Below, piece after piece: positions 12,126-25,870 of a stretch of 64,000 bases of DNA (positions are counted from its first letter, which is position 1; every line of letters starts with the position of its first letter). Both the position numbers and the translations under genes were made by a program. The notes under the pieces are model-generated. The model was given only the letters and a program-made list of their open reading frames with translations. It ran no database searches and was not told the origin of the DNA. The DNA comes from Octopus sinensis (Eukaryota), in assembly GCF_006345805.1 (NCBI RefSeq), contig NC_043014.1, positions 51,894,001 through 51,958,000 of the forward strand, given 5' to 3'.

Positions 12126-12969
12126 ATCTTCCTGTGTACACAGTGGTTTTTAATAATTTCAATGAATTCAAAATTTATCCGACGGAGAATCTTTTCAGGG
12201 AAATCTATGAAGAAAATTCGTTTCAAAGTACCTTCTCCAATATGAAAAAATTGATATTTTCCAACCTCGTTCCATTATAGAGGTAGCACTTAATAATCAG
12301 TGCTTTATTCAGCTACAATTTCTATCTTATTTTATTCCAGCAGGAATTATTTGTTTTATTTCGAATAATCCAATTTGGCCTTCACTTTCCGAAATGTTAT
12401 TAAGAAGAAAACAAGATGTAGTTTTAGGGCAGATACAGCTGCTGTTTCTTGCTTATTGACACGTTTCGTCAAGCTGACGCGAGCCAAAACCTTTAGATCT
12501 TATTTAACTCCAAGTGAGACAAGAACATGTATACTTATGATCAAATGCAAGAACTCTGCCTGCTCGAACAACGGCGTAAATGCTTCCACAATGGTTCGTC
12601 ATATGAATTTTACTATGTATAATTGTTTAACATTCTTTCTCTTATATTCGGTGTGTGTTTGCATCAATAGACGTGTCTGTGTATGTTCATGAACATATGT
12701 CTATCTATGCATACATATTCTTTAATTTTGAATCGCATGCCCTAAGTAAGCAACAGATTTTTCTTACCATATGTTAATTTTCTCACTCTTTCTCTCTCTT
12801 CACCGTCTTCTTCATCACCTTATTGACTTAATCATCTCTCTTTCTCCCTACATTTCCTTCCTCGTCGCTTTCGTTCTTTTCTTCTTCTTCATTGCTTTTC
12901 TTTTTACTTCATTCTTAGATAAAACACACTATTAACAAAAAAAACTCAATTATCTCACTGTACATAACT

Positions 12970-12970
12970 A

Positions 12971-13016
<46 letters not shown>

Positions 13017-13214
13017 AATAACAATATATACTATATACATACATATATATATATATACATACATATATATATATATACATACTATATATATATATATACA
13101 TACATATATATATATACATACATATACATACATATATATATATATATACTACATATATATACATATTACATACATACATACATACATACATACATCATAC
13201 ATACATACATACAT

Positions 13215-13258
<44 letters not shown>

Positions 13259-13280
13259 ATATATATATAATATATATCAA
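12970..13280. repeat. (TA)n/(TACA)n microsatellite
   Basis: Direct reading. Confidence 0.95.
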
Positions 13281-13749
13281 ACGAAAAAGTGTTACTTCGT
13301 TCTGTGGAATGTTTGACATGGGAATGGAATCTTGTATTTGGCTTAGTTTGCCTGTAGCCAGCGCTGGGTTACAAGAAATACAGACAAGACGACAGAAATT
13401 AAAATAGAGTTGAAGAAAATTAAAAACAAAATTTACAAAGAACTTCGCGAACAAATACTGTATAACATCGTCGATTTCTTTGTAATTTATTGCGTTCTCC
13501 GTAGCCATAGTTCCCCATTCAGAATGTTTACGATTGGAAATAATGCCAATCAATAAACAATGTACATACACATACATAGATACACACACACACACATACA
13601 TACATACATACCTACATACATACATACATACTCACATACTCACATAGATGCATGTCTTACATAACATACGTATATACTTACGTAACAAGGATACATTCGC
13701 ACATATGAGCAAATGCAGACGTAATTTTTATCGTTTAATTCTTATGTGA

Positions 13750-13786
13750 TTCAGTCGTCAGACTGCGGCCATGCTAGATTATCGCC
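13750..13786 (-). mobile_element. SINE family A 3'-tail remnant
   Basis: TTCAGTCGTCAGACTGCGGCCATGCTAGATTATCGCC matches 29/37 to the reverse complement of the tail of the adjacent copy. Confidence 0.6.
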
Positions 13787-13797
13787 ATCTGCCTGCC

Positions 13798-13842
<45 letters not shown>

Positions 13843-13844
<2 letters not shown>

Positions 13845-14004
13845 CGCAGGAGTGGCTGTGGTAAGTAGCTTGTTTACCAGCCACATGGTTCCAAGTTCAG
13901 TCCCACTGCGTGGCACCTGGGCAAGTGTCTTCTACTATAGCCTCGGGCCAACCAAAGCCTTGTGAGTGGAATTGGTAGACGGAAACTGAAAGAAGCCCGT
14001 CGTA

Positions 14005-14044
<40 letters not shown>

Positions 14045-14267
14045 TGGGTGTGTTTTTTGTGTATGTTTTTGTCCCCCTAGCATTGCTTGACAACCAATGC
14101 TGGTGTGTTTATGTCCCCGTTACTTTACGCGGTTCGGCAAAAGAGACCGATAGAATAAGTACTTGGGCTTACAAAAGAATAAGTCCCGGCGTCGAGTTGC
14201 TCGATTAAAGGCGGTGCTCCAGCATGGTCGCAGTCAAATGACTGAAACAAGTAAAAGAGTAAAGAGT
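13843..14267 (+). mobile_element. SINE family A, full length
   Basis: A box TGGCTGTGG, B box GTTCAGTCCC, CORE-like CCTGGGCAAGTGTCTTCTACTATAGCCTC, internal (TA)n/(TG)n, AAGAGT tail. Confidence 0.95.
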
Positions 14268-14589
14268 GTGTATATATATATATATATATATGGAGTGAGA
14301 GACATAGAGAAAACCTGAGAGGGAGATAGTTGGGGAGAGATATGGCTCACTATGGCTGAAAAGTTAAGAACTTCGCCTCGTATCTATGAGATCCCGCGCT
14401 AAAATTATTCTCTATAACCTCACATCGATCCTTACGTCATCAAGTACGTGTGCATTCATCATATACAACCAACATGTCGTCTACGTTCATATAGCAGTGT
14501 GTGCATGCAATTCTGAATTTCTATATGTCTGTGTGTGTGCTTCTGTGCATGCATTAGAATTTTGAAATTCAGAAAGTTTAATCCTTACT

Positions 14590-14636
14590 TCGAGATTTAA
14601 TATAGGGTTTCACGGCGAGTATATATATATATAATA

Positions 14637-14668
<32 letters not shown>

Positions 14669-14680
14669 TATATATATATA

Positions 14681-14719
<39 letters not shown>

Positions 14720-15502
14720 ATGCATAATTATATAATCGTTATGTTCATTGTCGTCCAACAATAAAATTTGCATTGACAAAAGCTCTCGGTGTTTGGTGCA
14801 AATTGTTGACCAACTTTTTATTGTAGCCTACACTCTTGCATGTAGATCACTTTTCCAGTTCATATTCCTGAATAGGACATTTTGCGTCCCCAAAAGCGGT
14901 GAGCATAATTTCTTATTATCTATTAATTTTTTTTTTGTGGAAGGTTCAGCCTACAATTTCTTTTTGGCTGAAGATTCCACGTTTTTTTTCCACTTCTTAC
15001 TCACCCATGAGGATTCTTGCTCAAAATGATAAATCTAGGTACCTTATCCTGCGACTCTTGCCAAAAAAGCTTTGCCTTCATCGTCTAGCGGTCAAGTGAG
15101 GGTTGAAAGATCTCCAAATGATTACACATATACACTTTGATAAGCCCTCTTGGCGTCCATCTCGCAGAGACTAGAAGGTAGCAAAGCATGTCGTGATTAG
15201 ATTTTGTATAGAAAACCAGGTCTATAGCTGCAAATATGATACCTCATCGATGGTCACTCGTCAGTTCAACAGAACCATTTCTCGAGCTTATTGGATCTAC
15301 AGTGGTGGAAGAGGTTGATGGTTGTTCCGTTTCCTCTTTGTGTTTCACGATTCTCTGGCTATTAAAAAAAAAGTCGCGATCCACTCTTACACAGTTTAAC
15401 GTGGCATGGCACCGTATGTATATATACTGCAAGCCTGGCGATGAATCTCAACCACCGAAATCGGATCATTATTCTCCGTTCTACTTTGGTGCACACTGCC
15501 AT
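14590..15502 (-). pseudogene. Decayed Tc1/mariner (mariner-type) transposase
   Basis: Collinear frameshifted peptides: MAVCTKVERRIMIRF (ATG at 15502), EWIATF, PSTSST, REMVLLN*RVTIDEV, VSARWTPRGL (WVPREL motif, W at 15157-15159), FLARVAG, T*IYHFEQES..KWK..KKKL*AEPST, IMLTAFGDAK..LEK, LLLDDN (second catalytic D). A (TA)n tract interrupts the 3' part; the third D and the TIRs were not found. Confidence 0.9.
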
Positions 15503-15697
15503 TGGAACCACCGTGTTTACTCTATAACACAAGGGAGATAATGTGCGTGATTAAGGTCAAGATTTACTTAAATAACCGTAAAAAATACCACCCTTTCGCA
15601 TAGAACTGCGGCCAGATAAAGCTTCTGCAAACGAGCGGATAATTTTTGACTTGCTCTTCTAATAACAACAGTAAATATAGCATAGATATATATATAT

Positions 15698-15734
<37 letters not shown>

Positions 15735-16341
15735 GAAACAGATAACAAAAAGGAATTCGCTAATAAGATATTAATAAAAAATAAAACTCATGATATACAA
15801 TGCCAAGTTTACTAGCCTTGCTCATAAGGGAACACAATTATTTCATAAACTATACTTGCTACCGTGCCGTTACCTATACGTATGCGTATGTATGTATGAA
15901 TGTGTGCGTGTAGGCGTGTGTGTATGTCTGTGTGTGTGTGTTCATGCGTATTATGTGTGAAATATACGTTCCCTCATAGATTCTGATTAGCTCTTCGAAG
16001 AAAATTCTTCCATCGACCAGCTGCAATTCCCACAAAACAGCCTATTCTCAATTAAAAAATATAAAACTTATGTTGCACGTGTTTCCATAAAACATTTAAA
16101 AAAAAAAAAAAAATTTTTTTTCCTTGTGTCTCTGATAATCAATATATTGATTCAATAACTTTTTTTGTAATTATTCATATTTTAAATTTTATATTTTCCA
16201 CTTTGCTTGTAATTCGATGGCTTTTCTCGGTTCTGTAAAAGTTGCGTTTATACAACATTTAACGTCTACTCTCTCGCCCCGTCTTTCTTTTTTCCTCTCT
16301 TTATCACAAAATATATGTATTAATACATATACACACATCTG

Positions 16342-16383
<42 letters not shown>

Positions 16384-16504
16384 AATTAATCTGTATATCT
16401 ATCTCTTTATCTCTCTCTCTATATATATATATACATATATATAACGGGAAGCTTTATGAAAATAGATAAAAGACGAAGGCAGGTGGAAGACAAACGAACA
16501 ATCG

Positions 16505-16580
16505 TATTAGTATGGCGCTCAGGAAATATAAATAAAACAAGTCTTTAACGTTTCGAGCCTACGCTCTTCAACAGAAAGAT
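16505..16580 (-). ncRNA. Degenerate hammerhead-like motif related to 4438-4506
   Basis: Minus strand: CUGUUGA, A, GAGC-GUAG-GCUC, GAAA, CGUU..UUCCUG-AGCG, GCC triplet. Stems II and III intact; core A6U and U16.1C changes; stem I poor. Confidence 0.5.
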
Positions 16581-16754
16581 ACACAGAGAGAAAAAAAAAC
16601 ACAGAAAGAAGGAGAGAAAAAAAATGCGTGCAGTAGCTAACGAATCAACATGGCGATCTGATTTCGGCCAGAGGTCAAAGATCAAACATGAGACGCGAGA
16701 GCGAAATAAGGGGAGATAATAGGGTTGATAATAGGGTTGAAGGACCAGCTATAT

Positions 16755-16844
<90 letters not shown>

Positions 16845-16904
16845 GAGGGTACTTACCATAAAAAACACAGATAATCACACCCATTCACACATGCACATAT
16901 ATAG

Positions 16905-17046
16905 GACGGGCTTCTTTCAGTTTCCATCTAACAAATAAACTCACAAGGCTTTGGTCGCGATAGGGGTTTAGTGACACGTAGTAGGACTGAAACTAGAACC
17001 ATGTAGTTGGGAATGAAATGTCTAACCATTCAGCGATGGCTGCGCT
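16905..17046 (-). mobile_element. SINE family A, 5' half, diverged
   Basis: GACGGGCTTCTTTCAGTTTCCATCTA..CTCACAAGGCTTTGGTCG..GACTGAAACTAGAACCATG..GGCTGCGC. Confidence 0.75.
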
Positions 17047-17730
17047 TCTGTAGTTACATTTTCAAATTTACTTTTATGCAGGTTTCCAATTTTTGCAAAA
17101 ATTCAATGATCTCTTTTTACTGTTAAACGTAAACCAATTTGTTGTCAGACTCAAAATATATGTTTTATTTGTCATAATAATCACATGAGTGCTTAAGACA
17201 AGAAATATTGGTTATTTTTATATTTAAATTATTAAATGTCTTGACCGGAGATAAAACTGAAATGTCAATCAAAAAAAAAAAAGCACCAAAAATAGTCCCA
17301 AGTTTCACATTTAGAGTTAAACGTTTTTTTTGTGTAGACAAAAAACCTCGAGCTTTCATAACAAAATAGAAATGAATTCTTCAACTGTCAAAGACGCGGT
17401 GGCTCCTCTATCGTTGGATATTTATATTTCTGACGGAAGTCATGTTCAACATTTCCTGCTTTTTGCATGCCATGTCTTGCGTAAACGCTAAGAGATATGA
17501 TGCTCTTTCGTAGAACTGAAGAATATTGATGTGTGTATCTGTATGTGTATATGTATAGTTATGTGTTTGTGTATGTATGTATGTATGTGCGTGCGTGTAC
17601 AATGGCATATGCATGTATGTATATAATTATCTATATATAATTAAAAATACGCATACATACACGCAGGTATACATATATAAGTGTGTGTGTGCGTGTGTGT
17701 GTATGTATATATATATATATATATATATAG

Positions 17731-18141
17731 GGCGCAGGAGTGGCTGTGTGGTAAGTAGCTTGTTTACCAACCACATGGTTCCGGGTTCAGTCCCACAGCG
17801 TGGCACCTTGGGCAAGTGCCTTCTACTATAGCCTCTGGCCGACCAAAGCCTTGTGAGTGGATTTGGCAGATGGAAACTGAAAGAAGCCCGTCGTATATAT
17901 GTATGTATATATATATGCGTGTGTGTGTTTGTGCGTCAGTGTTTGTCCCCCTAGCATTGCTTGACAACCGATGCTGGTGTGTTTATGTCCCCGTTATTTA
18001 GCGCTTCGGCAAAAGAGACCGATAGAATAAGTACTGGGCTTACAAAAAAGAATAAGTCCCGGGGTCGAGTTGCTCGATTAAAGGCGGTGCTCCAGCATGG
18101 CCGCAGCCAAATGACTGAAAAAAGTAAAAGAGTAAAAGAGT
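17731..18141 (+). mobile_element. SINE family A, full length
   Basis: Starts GGCGCAGGAGTGGCTGTGTGGTAAG after (TA)n; ends with (AAAAGAGT)2. Confidence 0.95.
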
Positions 18142-18142
18142 A

Positions 18143-18180
<38 letters not shown>

Positions 18181-18924
18181 AGAAACACTCGTCCAGGCAA
18201 ATAAACATACATATATTGAAATACACTACTTTCGCTCTTTGGGGTGGACAGTTTCTTAAAAGTGTGACTGATATATGTATGTGAGTGTGTGTGTGTGTGT
18301 GTGTGTGTGAAACAGAGAGAGAGACAGAGAGAGAAGAAGTGTAGTGTGCATGTTTGTGTGTGCGTGTAGTAAAATTTAAAAAGTATTGTACTTTCACTAA
18401 CTTGTATAATGATTGTATAAATAATCACCTACGAAATATCGAATAATATTTTTTGGCTATTCCTAAACGAATACAGAAGTATATTTATACACATGCTTCT
18501 GTCTCGTCGAATGTTTGACGATCTCTTTCATAAACAGAGCGTAAAAAAAATATAAACATTCAGATATCTATATTTATTTCTGCTAGAAATATTTATATTT
18601 ACATACCATGTGAGCAAGAGAGAGAGAGAGACATTGTATGTTAGCACAACGTGATGGTAAACAGAAGTCAAGACAGCCTTAAGACATATCCTACCATCAT
18701 ATAAATAGCAATATTTCAAAACAAAATAAACATTGCATACTCTTGTCATATACACCTTTTGCAGAGAACATTTCACAGCTGGATTGTACATGTTCTGGGT
18801 CATAAGGGCAAACACGAGTGTTGAAGGTCAATAGAGTCAACGAACAGCGCAATGGCGTACAGAAATCTACTGTACTGTACAATATAGGTGAAACGACGAA
18901 CAATAAAAACTCAAGTGGACGAAT

Positions 18925-19633
18925 ATTATTATTATTATTACCATTATTACCATTATCATTATTATTATCATTATTATTATCATTATCATCATTATTATTA
19001 TCATTATTATTATCATTATCATCATTATTATTATCATCATTATCATCATTATTATTATCATCATTATCATCATTATTATTATCATCATCATCATTATTAT
19101 TATCATCATTATCATCATTATTATTATCATTATCATCATTATTATCATCATTATTATTATCATCATTATCATCATATTATTATCATCATTATCATCATTA
19201 TTATTATCATCATTATTATTATCATTATTATTATTATTATTATCATTATTATCATTATCATTATTATCATCATTATTATTATCATCATTATTATTATTAT
19301 CATCATTATTATTATTATTATCATCATCATCATTATCATTATCATCATTATTATTATCATCATTATCATCATTATTATTATCATCATTATCATCATTATT
19401 ATTATCATCATCATCATTATTATCATCATTATTATTATCATCATCACCATCATCATTATCATCATCATCATTATTATTATTATCATTATTATTATTATCA
19501 TTATTATCATTATCATAATTATTATCGTTATTATTATCATTATTATTATCATCATTATTATCATTATCATTATTATCATTATTATATTATCATTATCATT
19601 ATTATTATCATCATTATCATTATCATCATTATC

Positions 19634-19677
<44 letters not shown>
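18925..19677. repeat. ~750-bp (ATT)n/(ATC)n trinucleotide array
   Basis: Direct reading; source of the poly-I, H/Y and L/S ORFs. Confidence 0.95.
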
Positions 19678-20355
19678 GCAGTGGACTGCTTAAAATGCTT
19701 TTGAGGAATTTCTTCCTCTTCATGCAAGATATTTCATGAACAATTTTGATTGTTTCTCCAAGATTATTATTAATTAAAGATGATACAAAATAATTTGTCG
19801 TTGAATTTTGTTGGTTATTGTTACCTGCGAAGCCATAAACAAAACGCCAATAGTTCCTAACAAATATATCTTAAAACTTGAATGATTAAATTTCCTGTCT
19901 ATCGCTAAAAATTTGCGTTGTTCTTTTCATTGTTAATTTCTACTTCGAGTTCTGTTTACAAAGTTTGTAAAGTCACCAGTTAAAATTTGCTTTCACTTGC
20001 TTTCATTTCTATGTTGATGTCTTAATTACAATATCTTCGTTTTTCTCTCTCTCGTTTTATTTTCTCTTATAAGGTGTTGACTATTGCAATCTAATTTCTG
20101 TTTTGAACTCGGGATAATGTAGCTCTGACATCAAAGACCAGCGTATTTTCATTTCCAGTATGAAATAATTATTTTCCAACATAAGACGCGAAACAGATTA
20201 TTAGTCAAATCAATAATTAAATATTAATACACAATCACAATACAAAATTTCAAATATACACAGAATTAAACACACACACACACACACACACACAAGCAAC
20301 ACATACACTAGCACACGCACGCATATCTCTGATTAGGTGTACTGGTCTCCCTTCT

Positions 20356-20417
<62 letters not shown>

Positions 20418-21402
20418 TATGTACGCACACACATAGTTATAAGCGTTCACATAGAGACAGTATGGTGGCTTTATTTAAAAGCTGTAACAACGCGAGGAAG
20501 CGTAATGTGAACAGCGGTGTGTAACACGGTCTGATTGTCTTGTCGGTAATGTAATATATAGTGCGGATGAATATATTTATATTCAATACTTATGTTCGTG
20601 TTTTAGAATTTAGACACTACCTGCAAAATCAGAAGAATAACTGATTTCCTTTTAACTCTGTGATTTAATTTCTCTTTCATTTGAAACTGCAGAGCCGTTT
20701 ACACATCAGGCATGTTCCACTCTGTCTATTATCGGGTGATTTATAACCGAGAGAGCCATAATCGTAAGCATCTAAACACAACTTCGCTCCTCTTAGATTG
20801 AAGCAAGCCATAAGCTGTTAGAGGTCACAATTGAATATAGTTGAACATAGACGAGTCATTAACTTAGTAGACTATTTTTTCTTTTGTTTCTATCCTTGAA
20901 TTCGGACAGGATTCGTGGTATCGCAAACAATAATGCATATTAGATTTCCTTATCAGAAATGTGTTCCTGAAATATTAGTGCAAATATATATTGTGATATC
21001 TATATAGTTTAATTTATTACTGTTCACTATGCACAAATGAAAGCAAAGTAGATTTCCCGCAGTGAACAGAAACATGTTGTACCGTGTCCAACAAATATCG
21101 TTCCCGATTCACCCAAGTCCTTGATAAACGTTCCAAAATAATAGTTAAGTAAGCACGGGTGCATACACATATGATAGATATTGAAAGCTATAAAATGGTA
21201 GCATTATGAGGGTAACGTTATGACGTGCCTAACCTCACTGATGTCACCCCAGTGGCATGTGAAATATGAAACATTTTCTTATACAAAGCTGTGTACAGCG
21301 TATAGTATGAAAACAGCAAGAGGCTTGCATTTAGATCATTTCTTGACCTCCCTGGTCAATCTAATGTAAATGAAACATGAACTAATTTAAGTGCGAATTT
21401 CT

Positions 21403-21804
21403 TACTCTTTCACTCTTTTAATTGTTTCAGTCATTTGACTGTGGCCATGCTGCAGCACCACCTTTTTTAGTCCAGAAAATCGACTCCAGGACTTATTCTT
21501 TGTAAGCCTAGTACTTATTCAATCAGTCTGTTTTGCCGAACCGCTAAGTTACGGGGACGTAAACACACCACTATCGGTTGTCAAGCAATGTTGGAGGACA
21601 AATAACAAACACATACACACACACATACATACATATATATACGACGGGATTTTTTCAGTTTCCGTCTACCAAATCCACTCACAAGGCTTTGGTCGGCCCG
21701 AGGCTATAGTAGAAGACACTCGCCCAAGGTGCCACGCAGTGGGAATAACCCCGGAACCATGCGGTTGGTAAGCAAGCTACTTACCACACAGCCACTCCTG
21801 CGCC
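21403..21804 (-). mobile_element. SINE family A, full length
   Basis: Reverse complement of the family A sequence from tail (TACTCTTT) to head (CACTCCTGCGCC). Confidence 0.95.
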
Positions 21805-21912
21805 TCCTTGTTTAATTCTTCACTAATTGTACAGTTTGCGAGATGTTAAACACAAAACAGTGAAAGTATCCGAACCATCGATCTGGTATTTTTACATTCT
21901 ATTCTCCTGCAG

Positions 21913-22017
21913 TTGTGGCGTCATCCGGGATAGGATTCGTGTCATTGTATTCAACATATTAATTTTAGCAATTATTTGTGGAATATGTTTCAGAAAAAAA
22001 ATACATAATCCGTTCCA
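21913..22017 (+). CDS. Candidate 105-nt phase-2/2 exon encoding a hydrophobic segment
   Basis: TTTTACATTCTATTCTCCTGCAG acceptor; single open frame CGVIRDRIRVIVFNILILAIICGICFRKKIHNPF; moderate GTAATT donor. Confidence 0.25.
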
Positions 22018-23395
22018 GTAATTAATATTTCAAATTGATATCATATACACTGCACGCTAGGAAAAATGTTTAAATATCAACAACGAAAACTGCATTTAAT
22101 TAAATATGCAATTCATCATTTTTCTTTAAATTAATTTAATGAGCTTTCTAACAATTAATAGTGGAATATTTAGTGATATTTCCATTAAGGGCATATCTTA
22201 TTTGACAAGAGATTTCCAGAAATGGAAATGGAAGTGAATTAAATGGTCCTAATTTATCATCTGTAAATAAAATATGTTCAATAATTGAAGCCAAAGTTGG
22301 AATGGAATGAAACTTTATATGATAGGGTAAGTGAAATATGAAATAAGAACAAAGATAAGCCATGGTAAATACGCAAATAAATGGCAGTATTCTAGAAGAA
22401 AAAAAAACAATAATAAAGAAAAGTGTATATATTTTCTGACATTGATTCTATTTTCAATTAATAAACGAAACGCAGAAATAGAAATTGGTTGCAACAGATA
22501 AAGGAATCTACTTCCTGGTATAGTCAAAGCTTGCACGGTTTCAATATCATGCATTTGTTTATGAAAAGCAGTGTAGAGTCAAACGTATTAAACGGTGTTT
22601 GTCTAGTTTCCCTATGATCACGTTTTACTGAATTAAATGCGTCTCCTTCCGTTTGAGAGAAAAAGAGAGAGAGAAAAAAACGTGTGAGTAGGGATTAATT
22701 TATCTGCCCTTATTTCTAGCAAATATCATTAGTCCAGACTTTCTCCAGTGGGTTCATCGTTTTGGATGTTTAAACAATTTATCCTAAAATAAACCCTGTT
22801 CTTATGGAGTTATGCTAAGCGTGTTCTAATCTTGATAATTTAGGTTATCGTGTAATTACCTAGAATGCACAATTTTTGTTCTCTAATTTCGACACAGTAC
22901 AGAGTGTTTAGAGGGATATTTGGCTGCTATTTACTGCAACTGAAGCAGTTGTATAGACTCACCGTTTGAGTGGTAGCGTTTTGTGTTTATGTATCTCAAT
23001 AATTCTTAATCAAGGAGATGAACGATGAAAGAAATTAAATACATGACCATCACGTCATTTGCAAAGGTATATTTAATTTATGATTTTAAAAAAAACCATT
23101 GAAGCACAACATTCATAACATTATTAGACAATAAAGTATGATGTGAAGAACATTTCGTTGCCATATCGAGCGCAAAGATAGCGACGTTGGCTTCTCTCTT
23201 ATAGCTTATTTCTACGAAGTGGAAAATCTAAACAGCTGGCGCACCGGTTACATTGATTTGCAGTATATTGTTCCGAAATAAATAATAAAAAATTGTATGT
23301 TGCAATGTCGGCTCCTACACTTACTTCGACATGTCCGAAATACGGAGTGACTTGAAGTTTATTGATTCAATATTCTTTCTTCATAAATTCCTTAA

Positions 23396-23650
23396 CGTGG
23401 TTGTCTGTTAAGAAGCTTGCTTCCCATCTACATGGCTCTGGGTTCAATCTCACAGCGTCGTATTTGGGCAAATGCCTTTAGATCGACCAAAGCCTTGCAA
23501 GTGGATTTGTAAATGGAAACTGAAATAAGCCACTCGTGTATATGTATATATATAAATGTGTGTGTGTATGTCTGTGTTTGTCCCCCTCGCACCGCTTGAA
23601 AACCTGTGCTGGTGTGTTTACGTCCCCGTATACTCGCAGTTCGGTAAAAA
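23396..23650 (+). mobile_element. SINE family A, diverged
   Basis: CATGGCTCTGGGTTCAATC..TTGGGCAAATGCC..GACCAAAGCCTTG..GTGGATTTG..GGAAACTGAAA..GCTGGTGTGTTTACGTCCCCG. Confidence 0.8.
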
Positions 23651-24769
23651 AAAGGTCCTAGGTTCGATACATCTGACTAATTATGTAATCACTTATCAAG
23701 GGAGTTACCAAGCGAACTAACTCCACCTTGTTCTATTTCATCTTTGCTTAGTACAAAAGTCTTTTGCATAGCGAGCATAAACTGTGTTCAAGTCCCCACT
23801 GCATTCTGCAAATTCGTCAGCTGCGACAAAGTGTAGGGTGTGCTCAAATGGCTGTTGCAAACGTCTCCTCTTATCTGAAAAAACAAAACTTATCCCGTCA
23901 GCTTATTAGATATATATTTATGATATACTAATATTACAATAATCTGGAACAGTTATCCTTGTATCTATTAACATTCTCAAAACTTTTGGAAAGCCCCTCA
24001 TATTTAATAAGAATGTAAGGGGCTGGTTATCACTGCGGCGGAGAGGTGTTTTAAATAAAAATTTCTGTAGATTAAACATATTTTTGCGTAATTATATTGA
24101 ATGCATTGAACTTACAGAGCATTATTAAATAAATATAAAAACCTTAAATTTGTTTGGTGTATATATTTATTTATAGAAAGGTTTTCAATGGGAAGAATCG
24201 TATCGAAAATATATTAAAAGAATTACAATGAATAGAAAAAAGACAATTTTTCGGATTGGTTTCGTTATCCGGAAGCGATGATTATCAATTCCAACTTATT
24301 AATTGCTTCCCTGGTTCTTGTCAGGAGAATAAGATGCATTTCTAATTCATTACAAGGAAACAGCTGGAGACTGTGAATGTGTTGACACGTTGAGAGGTGT
24401 GATTTGAATAAAGATACCGATCCCTCTAGATTGAATGTTCGCAGTCATAAATTGCTGTTGCAGATCAAGATTGAACTGTGTCGAAATATGATGTGACGTG
24501 AAATGAAAATTCACTTGCATTGACTGAAAGGCAAAATGAAAGAATTCATATTTGTCGGAATGAATGAAATGCTTTCGCGATCTGCTGATTTTATTGCCAT
24601 TCTCTTTCAGACTTTATTGCTACCTGCAACGAAATATGCAATTTTCTTTCGAGGCTGTTCTACAAATTATTTTCCATATAAGCAAAGACTCTGGAATAAA
24701 ATTTGCAGGTAGACAAAGGCATGATCAAATGCACTGGGAGAAAATGCGCACACACAGACATACCTGTGT

Positions 24770-25275
<506 letters not shown>

Positions 25276-25744
25276 CATGTGTTTCTACGTGTTTGTATAT
25301 TTGTGTATGAGAATTACTAAAATTATTAATGACATACAAAGCACTTTTTAAAATGCAGATTAACCTTATCCCTTCTACAGGAACTTTTGTGTAATCGCTC
25401 TTTGCTCTTTTCAGCTTTTCAAAACGACACACAAATCCTTCAATCACATCTGTCTCAAACTGCTTTTTTTTTAAGGATGTTTTTATACAATTGAATGCAT
25501 TCAATTTTCAGAAAAAGTATTTCTTTAAAACATCGTGACTTCTACACATTTCCCTACAAATGTTTTAAAATACACAAATACAAATACACTTTCTCTCTCT
25601 CTCAATCTCTCTCCCCCCTCCCCCCTCTCTCTGTCTCACACACACACAATCTCTCTCTCTCTCCTCTACACAAATAGCTTATGTTTTACCTGTTTCAGGA
25701 ACTGGAATGCCAACAATATTCAATCAGGTAGGGCTTAGTCGAAC

Positions 25745-25870
25745 TTATCGACCCCCGTACTTAGCTCTTTCGCAGAAACGCTGTTACGGGGAGGTTAACA
25801 AGCAACACTGAAGGGCCAAGTCGTGGTAGCACAGATACAGTTACGAGGACCAACTACAAAAGCATACACA
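25745..25870 (-). mobile_element. SINE family A-like degenerate fragment
   Basis: ATCGACCCCCGTACTTA..TTTCGCAGAAACGCTGTTACGGGGAGGTTAACA resembles the reverse-strand body. Confidence 0.4.

Noticed and set aside
12450-12492. Minus-strand GTCA-GCT-TGAC-GAAACGTGTC resembling a minimal hammerhead 3' half
   Set aside because: No CUGANGA-like core and no stem I partner.
14354-14382. Mariner-TIR-like sequence ending CCTCGTA
   Set aside because: Wrong orientation to bound the transposase relic on its right, and no matching partner found.
18818-19739. 283-291-aa His/Tyr-, Ile- and Leu/Ser-rich ORFs
   Set aside because: Open on both strands and several frames because of the (ATT/ATC)n array; no unique coding flanks.
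24611-24708. Candidate plus-strand exon with good acceptor (TLLLPATKYAIFFRG... or LYCYLQRN...)
   Set aside because: Two frames are open, the GTAGAC donor is weak and no family is recognisable; not enough support.
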